From Fibrobacteria bacterium (GTDB lineage Bacteria; Fibrobacterota; Fibrobacteria; UBA11236), in the NCBI GenBank assembly GCA_043745805.1, contig JAYTSD010000039.1, positions 1 through 60,716 on the forward strand: a stretch of DNA of 60,716 nt. Reading direction: 5' to 3'. The position numbers and the translations under genes are program-made. Positions 26,841-36,691 of the stretch are shown here, in pieces; position 1 is the first letter of the stretch, and each line of letters starts with the position of its first letter. The notes under the pieces were generated by a model. That model was given only the letters and a program-made list of their open reading frames with translations, ran no database searches and was not told where the DNA came from.

Positions 26841-29122
26841 TACAGTTCTAGGCTTCCCATCTCACTGAGCAGACAAGGTATCGGTTCGGCCCCACAGAAA
26901 TGCACTTCCATGCGAGAGGGTGCTTGTGTCCACTCTGCCTCCCACTGCAAAACTTTTTTTTGTCCAGTTACGGTAACATTAATTTTTAAAAGCCCAAAAA
27001 TCGTAAAACAAGGTCCAAAGGAAAAATCATTATCCATTTGTAACCATTTTTCAGGAATGCCGGGTAGGAGAATCAAAACATCACCTTCTTCACGGAAAAA
27101 AAGTTGAGAAATCATCAATACCCATTCCGCAGCGGCCCAAGCATGTTGACCATCCCCCATACAACCGCCTAAAGTATTCGGGTGAATAGCTTCTGGCCAT
27201 TGTCCGGTGGGAGAAGCCCATTCTGCTACTTTATAAACTAGTGGCAAATAGCGTTTATTTCCATCGCGTAATAGAGTTTGAGCCAAATGCAAAGTCAAAT
27301 AAGCATTCATCCCCGAATGAATCATGTCTTGAAAAAATCCACCATGAACCAAACATTTATCTAATAGATATTGAGTGGTGGCCACCAAACGAGAATCTTT
27401 TGCATCCCATAATTTTAAAGGGTAACTCGCAGCTAATGAACCAATGGCACCCGAATCAAGCCTACGTAATGGAGAGGCAGCAATAGCTATTTGTGATCCG
27501 TATTTTGTATTCGCTACTAATACACTATTATCAATATCCGATCTGAAATCCATAGCTTCGTTTTTAAAAAACTGTGCTTCTACAAAATGTCCTGCGGCAT
27601 TCATTAATTCAGCTGCTGATTCCAATCCTGCTACACCCCAAAAATCATCCCAGTAATAATAATCGTTAAGCCCTAAATGTTCAGCACTAAAGCCAACTGG
27701 CAAAAGACCTTTTACTAACTTTGCTTGTTTTGAAATAGAAAGAGAAGAAGAAGAGCGTTTCTCCTTACGTTTATTTATAATCCAATGAGCACCTTTATGA
27801 ATAGCTTCTATCCAATTCTTTTTTGGAGCTCTTTTCGTTACCTTCACATAACGGGACATCATCCATAAAGCTTCGCCATTAGAATCCCATTCGCCTTCTT
27901 GAGAAAGAAAATATCCTTGGCGTGTTTGTTTTGCGGGGAAAAGATCTATGCAAATTTCTACAGCGTCAAACATCCCGACCACCAACATCGCATTGAGCAT
28001 AAAGGCAGAATCTCGAAACCAAAAACGTTTATAAGTATAAGGGCCTGGAAATACTTCATCTGGAGCGTGTAATAATAAAGTCCTAATAGCTCCATCATAA
28101 AGATTTTGCATAGTAATATCGGGTATCTTACAAAGGCATAAACCACTTAAAGCTTTTTTCCATGTATTCGCCTTTTTAAATTGCGGGAAGCGTCTATTAG
28201 TTATTTGGTCGGCATTAAGAGAGACTTCCACATTAACAGAACGCCATTCGCCAGGATTCAATACAAATAAAGCGGCTGTAGTAGGCATTTCCGCAGGACA
28301 ATCATTTATAAGTTGAGATTGCGTATTTGAATTAAGTAGCTTGCTAAATACATCCCCTTCTTGATAGGTTGAGGAATAATATTTTTCTGCGGCATGGCTC
28401 AAGTTAAGACAAGCATTTCCATTAATGGAATAAGTTTTTTTATCCTCCGATAAGCCTAAGGACGAAATAAAACTTATACCTTCGGGATTATAGGGTCTAA
28501 TGGATAAAACCAACCAACCCTTCTGCAGTGATTTGGCTGTAAAATTTAATGATAATATCAGTTCTTCACGTAACTCCAAGACTTCAGCAATGGATTGAAG
28601 TTCCATATCGTGCTTCTGGTATTCAGTGATAATGCGATAGTTATCCTCTCCCCAAGCAACCTTTTGTTTTCCATCTTTCATTTTTGAGGGTAACAAACAT
28701 GACCCATCTTCTTCAACTACCCAAGCATCCAAAGACCATCCATCATAAAAAGGAGTAATTAATCCACTCGGATCTATTATTGGTAAGTAAGGAGAATAGG
28801 GCAATCCAATCGCTGTCCAATTTCGATGAGTAAGATTGATATGACTAATCGAAAATGCACGAGGAATAAAAGATGGATCGTAAGGATTAAATTGGCGCTC
28901 TACCCAATAGGGCCAAACCCAATCCAGATTATGTTGAATAGCCTTCGTATTAATAAGACCTCGAGCATGGAACACGAATCCAGCTCTCAATAATTCAATA
29001 GGCTGATTCACTTCTGAAGGTTGGGCAAATCTTTCCAACCTTGCTAAAATCAATATTGGATCAATAAATCCTTTAGCATGTGCAAATCTTCGAATCAAAT
29101 ATTTCCAAGTCAACCATCTCAT
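26840..29122 (-). CDS. Six-hairpin (alpha/alpha)6 glycoside hydrolase-like protein (GH15-like)
   Basis: YKRFWFRDSA, GEWDSNG, GQWPEAIHP and GDGQHAWAAAEW; start probably ATG 29122 (MRWLTWKY). Confidence 0.75.
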   Translation of the reverse strand: MRWLTWKYLIRRFAHAKGFIDPILILARLERFAQPSEVNQPIELLRAGFVFHARGLINTKAIQHNLDWVWPYWVERQFNPYDPSFIPRAFSISHINLTHRNWTAIGLPYSPYLPIIDPSGLITPFYDGWSLDAWVVEEDGSCLLPSKMKDGKQKVAWGEDNYRIITEYQKHDMELQSIAEVLELREELILSLNFTAKSLQKGWLVLSIRPYNPEGISFISSLGLSEDKKTYSINGNACLNLSHAAEKYYSSTYQEGDVFSKLLNSNTQSQLINDCPAEMPTTAALFVLNPGEWRSVNVEVSLNADQITNRRFPQFKKANTWKKALSGLCLCKIPDITMQNLYDGAIRTLLLHAPDEVFPGPYTYKRFWFRDSAFMLNAMLVVGMFDAVEICIDLFPAKQTRQGYFLSQEGEWDSNGEALWMMSRYVKVTKRAPKKNWIEAIHKGAHWIINKRKEKRSSSSLSISKQAKLVKGLLPVGFSAEHLGLNDYYYWDDFWGVAGLESAAELMNAAGHFVEAQFFKNEAMDFRSDIDNSVLVANTKYGSQIAIAASPLRRLDSGAIGSLAASYPLKLWDAKDSRLVATTQYLLDKCLVHGGFFQDMIHSGMNAYLTLHLAQTLLRDGNKRYLPLVYKVAEWASPTGQWPEAIHPNTLGGCMGDGQHAWAAAEWVLMISQLFFREEGDVLILLPGIPEKWLQMDNDFSFGPCFTIFGLLKINVTVTGQKKVLQWEAEWTQAPSRMEVHFCGAEPIPCLLSEMGSLEL

Positions 29123-29204
29123 ATTAACAAAGGCATTACGACCTTTTATCCATATCCTCATTATAAATGAAAATGATCTCTTTCTTCTAGGAAACTGAAC
29201 CACC

Positions 29205-30092
29205 TTATAACTTGTATTCATCAAGTCGCCGAGACCGAGAAACATGCTTCAAGCGACTTAATGCCGTTTCCTTGATTTGCCGAACTCTTTCGCGCGTTAA
29301 ATCAAATCGTTCTCCAATTTCTTCTAAGGTATACTCGATATCCATATCAATGCCAAAATAAAGTTTCAATACTTCACGTTCTCGTCGTGGCAATGAATTT
29401 AACATCCCAGCAATTTCACGAGTTAAATTGTTCTTCAAAAGTGTTTCTTCAGCATTCTGTGCCGAATCGTCTTGGAGAAGATCTGACAATTTTACTTCGT
29501 CATCATTATCCAGCATATTATCTAATGGTATATGTATTTGGTTTATTTCCGCGCAATTTTTCACCTCTTCTTCTCTAATGGATGAAGCCTTGGAAATTTC
29601 TACTAAATTAGGGGACCGTCCCAGTTTTTGTTCCAAATGTAAAGTTGTTTTTTTAATTTTATATAACGATACAATTTTATTCACCGGCAGCTTTATAGTA
29701 CGCGACTGCTCCGCCATTCCTTGCAAAATAGATTGGCGTATCCACCACACTGCATAAGAAATAAATTTACAGTTTTTATTCACATCAAAACGTTTTGCTG
29801 CCCGGATTAATCCCAAATTGCCTTCACCGATTAAATCAATTATGGACATACCTTGATTTTGATATTTTCTACAAACAGCGACAACAAATTTTAAATTCGC
29901 GCATACCAAAGCGTTGGATGCTAATTGACTGCCTTGCTGAATGCGTTCAACGAGTAGAATCTCGTCTTCTTTCTGTAAGGATTTTATTTTGGAAATTTCT
30001 TTTAAGTAAAGAGACAAATTGTTTTCGGTACTGGTGCTTTTAAATTCTGCGCCAACTTTTCGATTCAAACGATTTTGATTAATAACTACCAA
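29205..30092 (-). CDS. RNA polymerase sigma-70 factor, RpoD/SigA family lacking region 1.1 (alternative, group 2-like)
   Basis: YLKEI, ANLKFVV, DLIGEGNLGLIRAA, KFISYAVWWIRQ and TRERVRQI. Confidence 0.93.
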   Translation of the reverse strand: MVVINQNRLNRKVGAEFKSTSTENNLSLYLKEISKIKSLQKEDEILLVERIQQGSQLASNALVCANLKFVVAVCRKYQNQGMSIIDLIGEGNLGLIRAAKRFDVNKNCKFISYAVWWIRQSILQGMAEQSRTIKLPVNKIVSLYKIKKTTLHLEQKLGRSPNLVEISKASSIREEEVKNCAEINQIHIPLDNMLDNDDEVKLSDLLQDDSAQNAEETLLKNNLTREIAGMLNSLPRREREVLKLYFGIDMDIEYTLEEIGERFDLTRERVRQIKETALSRLKHVSRSRRLDEYKL

Positions 30093-30173
30093 GTAAACTC
30101 CTTTTGACTATTAAAAGCCAATTTTGTTATGGAAAGGAATATATTGAGGAACGGTTAGGCACAGAATCGATCT

Positions 30174-30202
30174 AAAGGATGAATAAGGTATTAATCCTTT
30201 TC
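30174..30202. promoter_or_regulatory. Shared 29-nt palindromic element, copy B (upstream of sigma factor operon)
   Basis: AAAGGATGAATAAGGTATTAATCCTTTTC; same orientation relative to the downstream gene as copy A. Confidence 0.55.
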
Positions 30203-30437
30203 AAGGATATGGTTATCGAATCGTGGTAATCTTGTGAAACTGCTCCAAATTGGCGAAAACAAGGGTGTATCGCTTATGTTACAATTAATAACCTCGTAAA
30301 AATTGTATTACATAATGATTTCAATTTCTTCCTTTGCAATTTTTATTGCTTTGATTTGACCAATAATCTAGTTCCTAAATAAGGGCAATCATTTTTGTTT
30401 GCTTATTTAATGTTCATATTTGCTCAAAGGAAATACT

Positions 30438-30899
30438 ATGAAAATAAAATTATTATTGGGAGGCTTCGGCCTTTTAATGCTTACCGTTACATCACCTATA
30501 ATGGCGGCTCCAAATACAAATACTGTCACAGAAACTTTAAAATCATCCATTAATCGTATGGTTAATGATGTCAAAAATGAAAGTGATCCCACTGCAAAAA
30601 GAAAAATCATGGGAGATTATTTATTAGATAAAACTCAAAAACTTTCTCAATTGGCGTCCATGCCGTCTTTGCAAGCCTATGATAAAAAACAAATAGGAGA
30701 ATTATCCAGTCAATTTCACAATGATTTGGTAGTGTTAAATGGATCAAATGAGACCAACGGCATCGCAAATGCAGATTTAGACAAATTTGCAGGGTACGTA
30801 CAGCAGGAACATGAACAGGCTTATCAAGGTGGCGGTATTTATTTGAGCGCCGGTGCGATAATTGTCATTTTATTATTGGTCATTATTTTTCTGAGATAA
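30438..30899 (+). CDS. Hypothetical secreted protein with C-terminal membrane anchor
   Basis: Signal peptide from MKIKLLL; C-terminal GGGIYLSAGAIIVILLLVIIFLR; AAGGA RBS. Confidence 0.7.
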   Translation: MKIKLLLGGFGLLMLTVTSPIMAAPNTNTVTETLKSSINRMVNDVKNESDPTAKRKIMGDYLLDKTQKLSQLASMPSLQAYDKKQIGELSSQFHNDLVVLNGSNETNGIANADLDKFAGYVQQEHEQAYQGGGIYLSAGAIIVILLLVIIFLR

Positions 30900-30950
30900 G
30901 TTAGAACCTAAATACCCTTAAATAAATTAAGGGTATTTACGCTAAAGAAA

Positions 30951-31208
30951 TTAATTGCGCGATCCTTCTGAATTACTTTTCTCAGCAAGTTCGTCAATTT
31001 TTTTTTCTCCCGATCGTTCGTGATCAAGCATTTTTTCTCCGCATTTTTTTTTATTCAAAAAGCAGATGAGCGTATAAGCCATGACCCCAATTCCGATCAC
31101 CGCCAAAACGAATTTCAACCAAGAGCTTGTATTGCTTCTTCTAGAATGCATGATTTTTTCGCATTTCGAATCAATATAATCCTTAGTCATATTCCAATAC
31201 TTTTCCAT
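30951..31208 (-). CDS. Small single-TM hypothetical protein
   Basis: 85 aa with one TM helix; AAGGA RBS. Confidence 0.55.
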   Translation of the reverse strand: MEKYWNMTKDYIDSKCEKIMHSRRSNTSSWLKFVLAVIGIGVMAYTLICFLNKKKCGEKMLDHERSGEKKIDELAEKSNSEGSRN

Positions 31209-31259
31209 TTTTAATTTCCTTTGTTTTTCAATTCAATTATTACTATAAAACATGTATGA

Positions 31260-31535
31260 TTAATGTTTATGTTTTGGGTTACGTGGAGGACTATTTACAC
31301 TTGCACTGACACTTGCCTGAGTGAGTGGTCTAGGTAATAATACTAATATAGATCCACCTAAGGTTAAAAATATTCCCGCTGCACCAGCAATATTTCTTCC
31401 TAAGGAATCACCACTTGTCATAAGTATTCCAAATTCCCAACAAATGAGCAGAGAAAGAGGGATTACCATAACGGCTTTCCAAAGACTAATCTTTCCTTTT
31501 GCAAACAGAAAATTTCTGCCTTCTAAAATCCTCAT
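31260..31535 (-). CDS. Small two-TM hypothetical protein
   Basis: 91 aa; AAGGAG RBS. Confidence 0.55.
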   Translation of the reverse strand: MRILEGRNFLFAKGKISLWKAVMVIPLSLLICWEFGILMTSGDSLGRNIAGAAGIFLTLGGSILVLLPRPLTQASVSASVNSPPRNPKHKH

Positions 31536-31612
31536 AATTTCTCCTTTTCTAAAATCATTAGTCTTCGAAGATTTGTTAATTGTGTTGTTTAGTGCAACAC
31601 AATTATTTCTGG

Positions 31613-32359
31613 TTAATAAGTCATATTATTAACCACGCTTTTTACGCCTTTAATATCTGCAGTTAATTTTCCTGCTAATTCTTTCTCTGCAGCATTTTTA
31701 CTTTTTCCATCCAAAGTGACTATACCATCCATGGTTTTTACCTTTGTATGAATCGCACTAGTTGAGCGATGATTAAGTAAAGACATTTTTACTTCCGCAG
31801 TAATTGAGGCATCATCGATAGTTTGAGAAAATGATGAATCTTTATCTGCGGTTTCATTTGCAACCTTCATTTCATTGATTACTGATTTAACTCCATCTAC
31901 ATCTTTAACATCTTCCGTGGTTAATTCTTTTTGGGCTTCATTTTTTGCATTTCCTTGTAAAGTTACTATGCCATTTTTGACCTTTACTTCAGTAGTAGAA
32001 TTCACATTGGAATGGAAAAGCAAAGCCGTTTTCACTTTTAAATGAATCCATTCGTCCGAGTTTTTATTCGGTTGATTCGGCTTTACTTTAAGATCATTAT
32101 CTACGTCGGTAACGCCATTAATATTCGCAGCCATCTCACCTGCCAATGATTTATGATAACCATCTGTTGCGGAACCAGTTAATGTTACATGTCCATTCTT
32201 GGATTTGATTTTAATATCATCATTTTTAAGGTAATTCCTAGAAACGTAGGAATTGTTAAATGCAGTGATAATATCTTCATCTTTTTCCGAAGCGTAAGCA
32301 GTTAAAATGCTCGCTGTTAATGCACACAATATAAATTGGGGTAAATATTTAATTTTCAT
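31613..32359 (-). CDS. BON-domain protein (OsmY-like, three BON repeats)
   Basis: Signal peptide; three G.VTL.G...GV..V.N.(L/M) repeats; DDASITAEVK. Confidence 0.92.
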   Translation of the reverse strand: MKIKYLPQFILCALTASILTAYASEKDEDIITAFNNSYVSRNYLKNDDIKIKSKNGHVTLTGSATDGYHKSLAGEMAANINGVTDVDNDLKVKPNQPNKNSDEWIHLKVKTALLFHSNVNSTTEVKVKNGIVTLQGNAKNEAQKELTTEDVKDVDGVKSVINEMKVANETADKDSSFSQTIDDASITAEVKMSLLNHRSTSAIHTKVKTMDGIVTLDGKSKNAAEKELAGKLTADIKGVKSVVNNMTY

Positions 32360-32520
32360 AAAAATCCTTTTAAGGTGTTATTTTTCTTCTCTCCAATGGT
32401 AATCACGTTAGATTGGTGCTAAAAAACAAGAAGTATTTTATCCCACAAAATCAAGGCCTTAAATAAAATCTTAATTGTTGACTTTTTTGGAAAATAATAT
32501 CTCTTCTAAAAAAGGATTTG

Positions 32521-32769
32521 ATGAAAATTAAAAAAACCACCGGTCTTACTTCACGTGAAATAGAAGTTTGGCGATTAATTGCTGAAAGTCGATCGAATAA
32601 GCAAATTGCTAGTGATTTAAGTATCAGCGTTAAAACCGTAGAAAAACATCGGCAAAACTTAATGAATAAAATAAGTATTCATGACACCGCTGGTCTTACG
32701 CGGTATGCTCTTGCTGCGGGTATCATAGAAAGTATCGTTATCGACCCCAAGTTTTTACTTGAAAAATAA
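32521..32769 (+). CDS. Stand-alone LuxR-type HTH protein
   Basis: LTSREIEV...NKQIA...SVKTVEKHRQNLM, with no receiver domain. Confidence 0.85.
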   Translation: MKIKKTTGLTSREIEVWRLIAESRSNKQIASDLSISVKTVEKHRQNLMNKISIHDTAGLTRYALAAGIIESIVIDPKFLLEK

Positions 32770-32873
32770 TGTTTGATATTTTTGCTACTCAAAAGTTTTT
32801 AATCTATTTCTCTTGGTAAACAATTGATCAGAATTTTCTCCTCACCATTTTTATCCCTTTACAAGGAGTCTAT

Positions 32874-33518
32874 ATGTCTTACAATTTAAACCCCCTTCCT
32901 TATGACTATGCAGCTTTGGAACCTTTTTATGATAAAGCCACATTGCAAATCCATTATGAACAACATCATGCAGGATATGTGAAAAAATTAAATGCTGCGC
33001 TAGCTGAACATGCTTCGCCTTTCGAAATATCTGTGGAAGAGCTACTAGCGGATCTCTCACCCGTTCCCGAAAAAATTCGTACCGCTGTTATTAATTTTGG
33101 TGGAGGGCATGCAAATCATACTTTGTTTTGGCGAATCATGGGAAAGCCCACAGCTGTGGGCCCTTCAGGACTTTTAGAAAAATCCATTACAGACACCTTT
33201 GAAAACTTTGATGCGTTTAAAGAAATGTTTAAAGCACATGCCGAAAAAGTATTTGGCAGCGGATGGACATGGCTTGTGGTCAATCAAAAGGGAGCTTTAG
33301 AAATAATAAATACTCTAAATCAGGATAGTCCCCTTATCCAAGGTCTCAAACCCCTATTAGTTTTGGATTTATGGGAATATGCTTATTATTTGAAATTTCA
33401 AAATCGCCGTTCCGAATGGGTGGATGCTTGGTGGAATATTGTCAATTGGGAGGAAGTGGGAAGATTATATAATCGCATTAGTTCCAATAGCGACTATAAA
33501 ACTATTTATGCTTTATGA
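32874..33518 (+). CDS. Fe/Mn superoxide dismutase with metal-ligand His replaced by Tyr
   Basis: LPYDYAALEP, GGGHANH, FGSGWTWL and NQDSP; DLWEYAYY instead of DxWEHAYY. Confidence 0.93.
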   Translation: MSYNLNPLPYDYAALEPFYDKATLQIHYEQHHAGYVKKLNAALAEHASPFEISVEELLADLSPVPEKIRTAVINFGGGHANHTLFWRIMGKPTAVGPSGLLEKSITDTFENFDAFKEMFKAHAEKVFGSGWTWLVVNQKGALEIINTLNQDSPLIQGLKPLLVLDLWEYAYYLKFQNRRSEWVDAWWNIVNWEEVGRLYNRISSNSDYKTIYAL

Positions 33519-33564
33519 TCGCTGTTTAAACCCATTGGCCGAGATAGCAGATGATAAATGTTTG

Positions 33565-33903
33565 CTATTTCTTTTCTTCTCGAAAAACTTTCACATCCGC
33601 ATAAAAAATTCCCAAGGGAATCAAAGAAGTCACCAAGACCAAAAAAGTCTTTTTGAAAGACCAATTCAATTCTTCTTTGATAAGTATCACCGATGTTACA
33701 TACAGCAAAAATAAAATTCCATGCAACATACCCACCACACGCACCGCCAGTGGCATATGTAATAAATACTTCAAAGGCATGGCAATACCCAAAAGTACAA
33801 GGAAGGAAACTCCCTCGGCGTATCCCAATAATCGTAACCGTCCCAAAGCATTTTTAGGTAAAGACAACATTTTCAACTCCACATTAATTCTGTAAGGTTT
33901 CAC
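33565..33903 (-). CDS. DUF3817 family membrane protein
   Basis: AEGVSFLVLLGIAMPLKY...GMLHG. Confidence 0.85.
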   Translation of the reverse strand: MKPYRINVELKMLSLPKNALGRLRLLGYAEGVSFLVLLGIAMPLKYLLHMPLAVRVVGMLHGILFLLYVTSVILIKEELNWSFKKTFLVLVTSLIPLGIFYADVKVFREEKK

Positions 33904-35527
33904 TCACAATATTTTGCGCATCGGCAAAAATTTTATTCAAATGATCTTGACCTAAAAAACTTTCGCCATAAATTTTATAAATATTTTCTGTGCCAGAAGG
34001 ACGCGCCGCAAACCAACCATTGAGGGTAGAGACTTTTAATCCCCCAATTGCTCCATTGTTTCCCGCAGCATGGGTTTCTTTTTTGAGTATAGCTTCACCA
34101 GCCAATTCAGTATTCTTAACTTGCTCCGCCGAAAGTTTTTTTAATTTTTCTTTTTGTTCGAGGGTAGCGGGCGCGTCAACACGTGAATAAACTGGCGCAC
34201 CTAATTCTTGCGTCATATCTTTATAAATCTCACCTGGATCGCGGCCAAGCTTGGCCATAATTTCTCCCGATAATAATGCGGGAATAAATCCATCTTTATC
34301 CGTACTCCAAACTGTTCCATCCTTACGTAAGAAGGAGGCTCCAGCGCTTTCTTCTCCACCAAATCCTAAAGAGCCATCGAGCAGGCCATCTACAAACCAT
34401 TTAAAACCAACCGGTACTTCTAAAAGATTACGGCCAATTTTTTGGGCTACTCTATCGATAATACCACTGCTTACCACCGTTTTCCCAATGGCCGACTCTT
34501 TGCGCCAACCTGATCGATTTTGAAAGAGATAAAATATTGCCACCGATAAATAATGATTGGGAGCAATCAACCCTGCTGTGCGTGTTACTATACCATGTCT
34601 ATCGTGATCCGTATCGCAGGCAAAAGCAATGTCAAACTTATCTTTTAAACCAATTAATTTTTGCATAGCAAAAGGCGATGAAGGATCCATGCGGATTTTA
34701 CCATCCCAATCCACTGACATAAAACTAAAGGTGGGATCCACTTGTTTACTGACTACGGTTAAATTCAATTTGTAATAGTCGGCAATGGGTCCCCAAAAAT
34801 TTACGCCCGCACCTCCTAGTGGATCAACACCCAGACATACTTTGGAATCACGAATTAATTCCATGTCTAAAATATTTCCCAAATCTTTTACATAAGCATT
34901 TAAATAATCATGAATATGTGTAGTCGATGCTTTTAAAGCTTTTTCATAAGGAACACGTTTCACATCCCTTAATCCATTGCTCAAGAACTCATTAGCCTTT
35001 TTTTCCATCCATCCGGTAATATTGCCATCGGCGGGACCGCCATTCGGCGGGTTATATTTGAAACCTCCATCTTGCGGAGGATTATGCGAGGGAGTAATCA
35101 CGATACCATCGGCCAATCCGGTTTTACGTCCGCGATTATAAGTAAGAATGGCATGGGAAATAACTGGAGTAGGCGTGAATTCTTCTTTACCTGCAATCAT
35201 CACCTCTACCCCATTGGCCGCTAATACTTCTAAAGCACTCGCAAAAGCTGGTATAGAAAGAGCATGTGTGTCTATACCTAAAAAAAGTGGCCCATCAATT
35301 TTTTGTTCGCTTCGGTATTGGCAAATCGCTTGGGTAATAGCCAAAATATGATTTTCATTAAAAGCCTTTTCCAAGGCTGAACCGCGATGACCCGATGTCC
35401 CAAAAGCCACACGCTGTGTAGGTTGTGAAGGATCTGGTATTTCGGTATAGAAGGCGGAAATCAGTCTTGGTATGTTCACCAGCATTTCGGTGCTAGGAAG
35501 TTTACCTGCAAAAGGATGATTGCTCAT
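33884..35527 (-). CDS. pgm: Phosphoglucomutase (alpha-D-glucose-1,6-bisphosphate-dependent)
   Basis: AFGTSGHRG, ITPSHNPP, DTDHDR, GEESAG and ARPSGTE. Confidence 0.97.
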   Translation of the reverse strand: MSNHPFAGKLPSTEMLVNIPRLISAFYTEIPDPSQPTQRVAFGTSGHRGSALEKAFNENHILAITQAICQYRSEQKIDGPLFLGIDTHALSIPAFASALEVLAANGVEVMIAGKEEFTPTPVISHAILTYNRGRKTGLADGIVITPSHNPPQDGGFKYNPPNGGPADGNITGWMEKKANEFLSNGLRDVKRVPYEKALKASTTHIHDYLNAYVKDLGNILDMELIRDSKVCLGVDPLGGAGVNFWGPIADYYKLNLTVVSKQVDPTFSFMSVDWDGKIRMDPSSPFAMQKLIGLKDKFDIAFACDTDHDRHGIVTRTAGLIAPNHYLSVAIFYLFQNRSGWRKESAIGKTVVSSGIIDRVAQKIGRNLLEVPVGFKWFVDGLLDGSLGFGGEESAGASFLRKDGTVWSTDKDGFIPALLSGEIMAKLGRDPGEIYKDMTQELGAPVYSRVDAPATLEQKEKLKKLSAEQVKNTELAGEAILKKETHAAGNNGAIGGLKVSTLNGWFAARPSGTENIYKIYGESFLGQDHLNKIFADAQNIVSETLQN

Positions 35528-35609
35528 GGGATGGTCCTTTAAATTTATGTATCGGCATATTCGCTATACCGCACCCATTAAAGCATAATAAATTCCACTT
35601 AGGATAGCT

Positions 35610-36512
35610 TTATTCGTTTAAAGTCCAGTCATATTGATATTGAATTGTTCCCGTAAATTGCTTTATCGATAATTGTAATTTAGGTTCAGTAAAGCCTTTT
35701 AAAGTATCTAAAATTTCTTTGTCAGAATTCCCAAAATCCTTACCATACCAATCAAAAATACTAGAGAGAAATAGCTGCTTCCCCTTTAACTCTACTCCTC
35801 TTTTAGAATTCACAAAATCCTTGGCGCCCTTATTTAATAGGCTATCCAGGTTTCTTGCCGTAAAGGCTGAAGAGTTTAAATTGGGGCAACCGACACTAGC
35901 ACAATTTAAAGCAAAATGTAGACGTAGATCCTTCCATAAGGGCCGTAAAATATGATTTTCAATATCGTTTAAACTGATTTTTTGACTTTCAATTTCTAAT
36001 AACTTTGCCTCCCAAGGTCCGTTTTGATTGGGTATTAAATGAATATCCTTAATGCTTTTGAGAGGATAATTTTGCAAAATTAATTGCACGGTTTTGGCAT
36101 TATAAAGATTAATCCAAAAAGCTTTTTGCTCTAGTCGATTAAAAGTCGAAACTTTTTGTTTTTGCAATTCTGCTAAATAAATCTCTAAAGTCTTTTTATC
36201 CGCTCCATTTACTTTGACATATTCTACGCGGTTTATTCCATCCGCCGCTCCGGTTCGTACATATTTTTTTAATAGCTTTTGCCAGTTTTGATGATTGACT
36301 TGATGGGTATCACGAGCATTAAAATGGGCAAAAACTTCTTCCGGCGAAAAGGCACCGATTTGAATGGGGAGTAAGGCTAAAACTCCTATAAATAAAAGGT
36401 TTGTTAATCTGCTAAACCTTTTTAAAAAAGATTTTGTAAACTGAGGGCTTAAAAATTCCGCATTGACTAAGATCATATTCCATCTTTCTAAATGTGTTTT
36501 GCTGAGTCGCAT
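35610..36512 (-). CDS. DUF547 domain protein
   Basis: AFWINLYNA, LNDIENHILR, HFALNCASVGCP, SSIFDWYGKDF and YDWTLN; true start may be downstream. Confidence 0.9.
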   Translation of the reverse strand: MRLSKTHLERWNMILVNAEFLSPQFTKSFLKRFSRLTNLLFIGVLALLPIQIGAFSPEEVFAHFNARDTHQVNHQNWQKLLKKYVRTGAADGINRVEYVKVNGADKKTLEIYLAELQKQKVSTFNRLEQKAFWINLYNAKTVQLILQNYPLKSIKDIHLIPNQNGPWEAKLLEIESQKISLNDIENHILRPLWKDLRLHFALNCASVGCPNLNSSAFTARNLDSLLNKGAKDFVNSKRGVELKGKQLFLSSIFDWYGKDFGNSDKEILDTLKGFTEPKLQLSIKQFTGTIQYQYDWTLNE

Positions 36513-36691
36513 TAACTCATGGTTTTGTTACAACTATACCCTTATTCATTAATAAATGGATTCTAAGAAACATTTTAAGCAAAGTCCCGACTTATCCCAA
36601 AGGTCAGGATTTTTCTTACATTCTGAAATCTATATGTTTTTTAAAAGGTATTTTTCCATCTTCCAGCAAAAAGAATATTTTAGGAGTTTTC

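Noticed and set aside
19611-30292. Recurrent ATGTTA(C/T) half-sites upstream of island genes (about 19612, 21710, 22447, 30276)
   Set aside because: Spacing to the second half-site is inconsistent, and such short motifs are expected by chance in AT-rich DNA.
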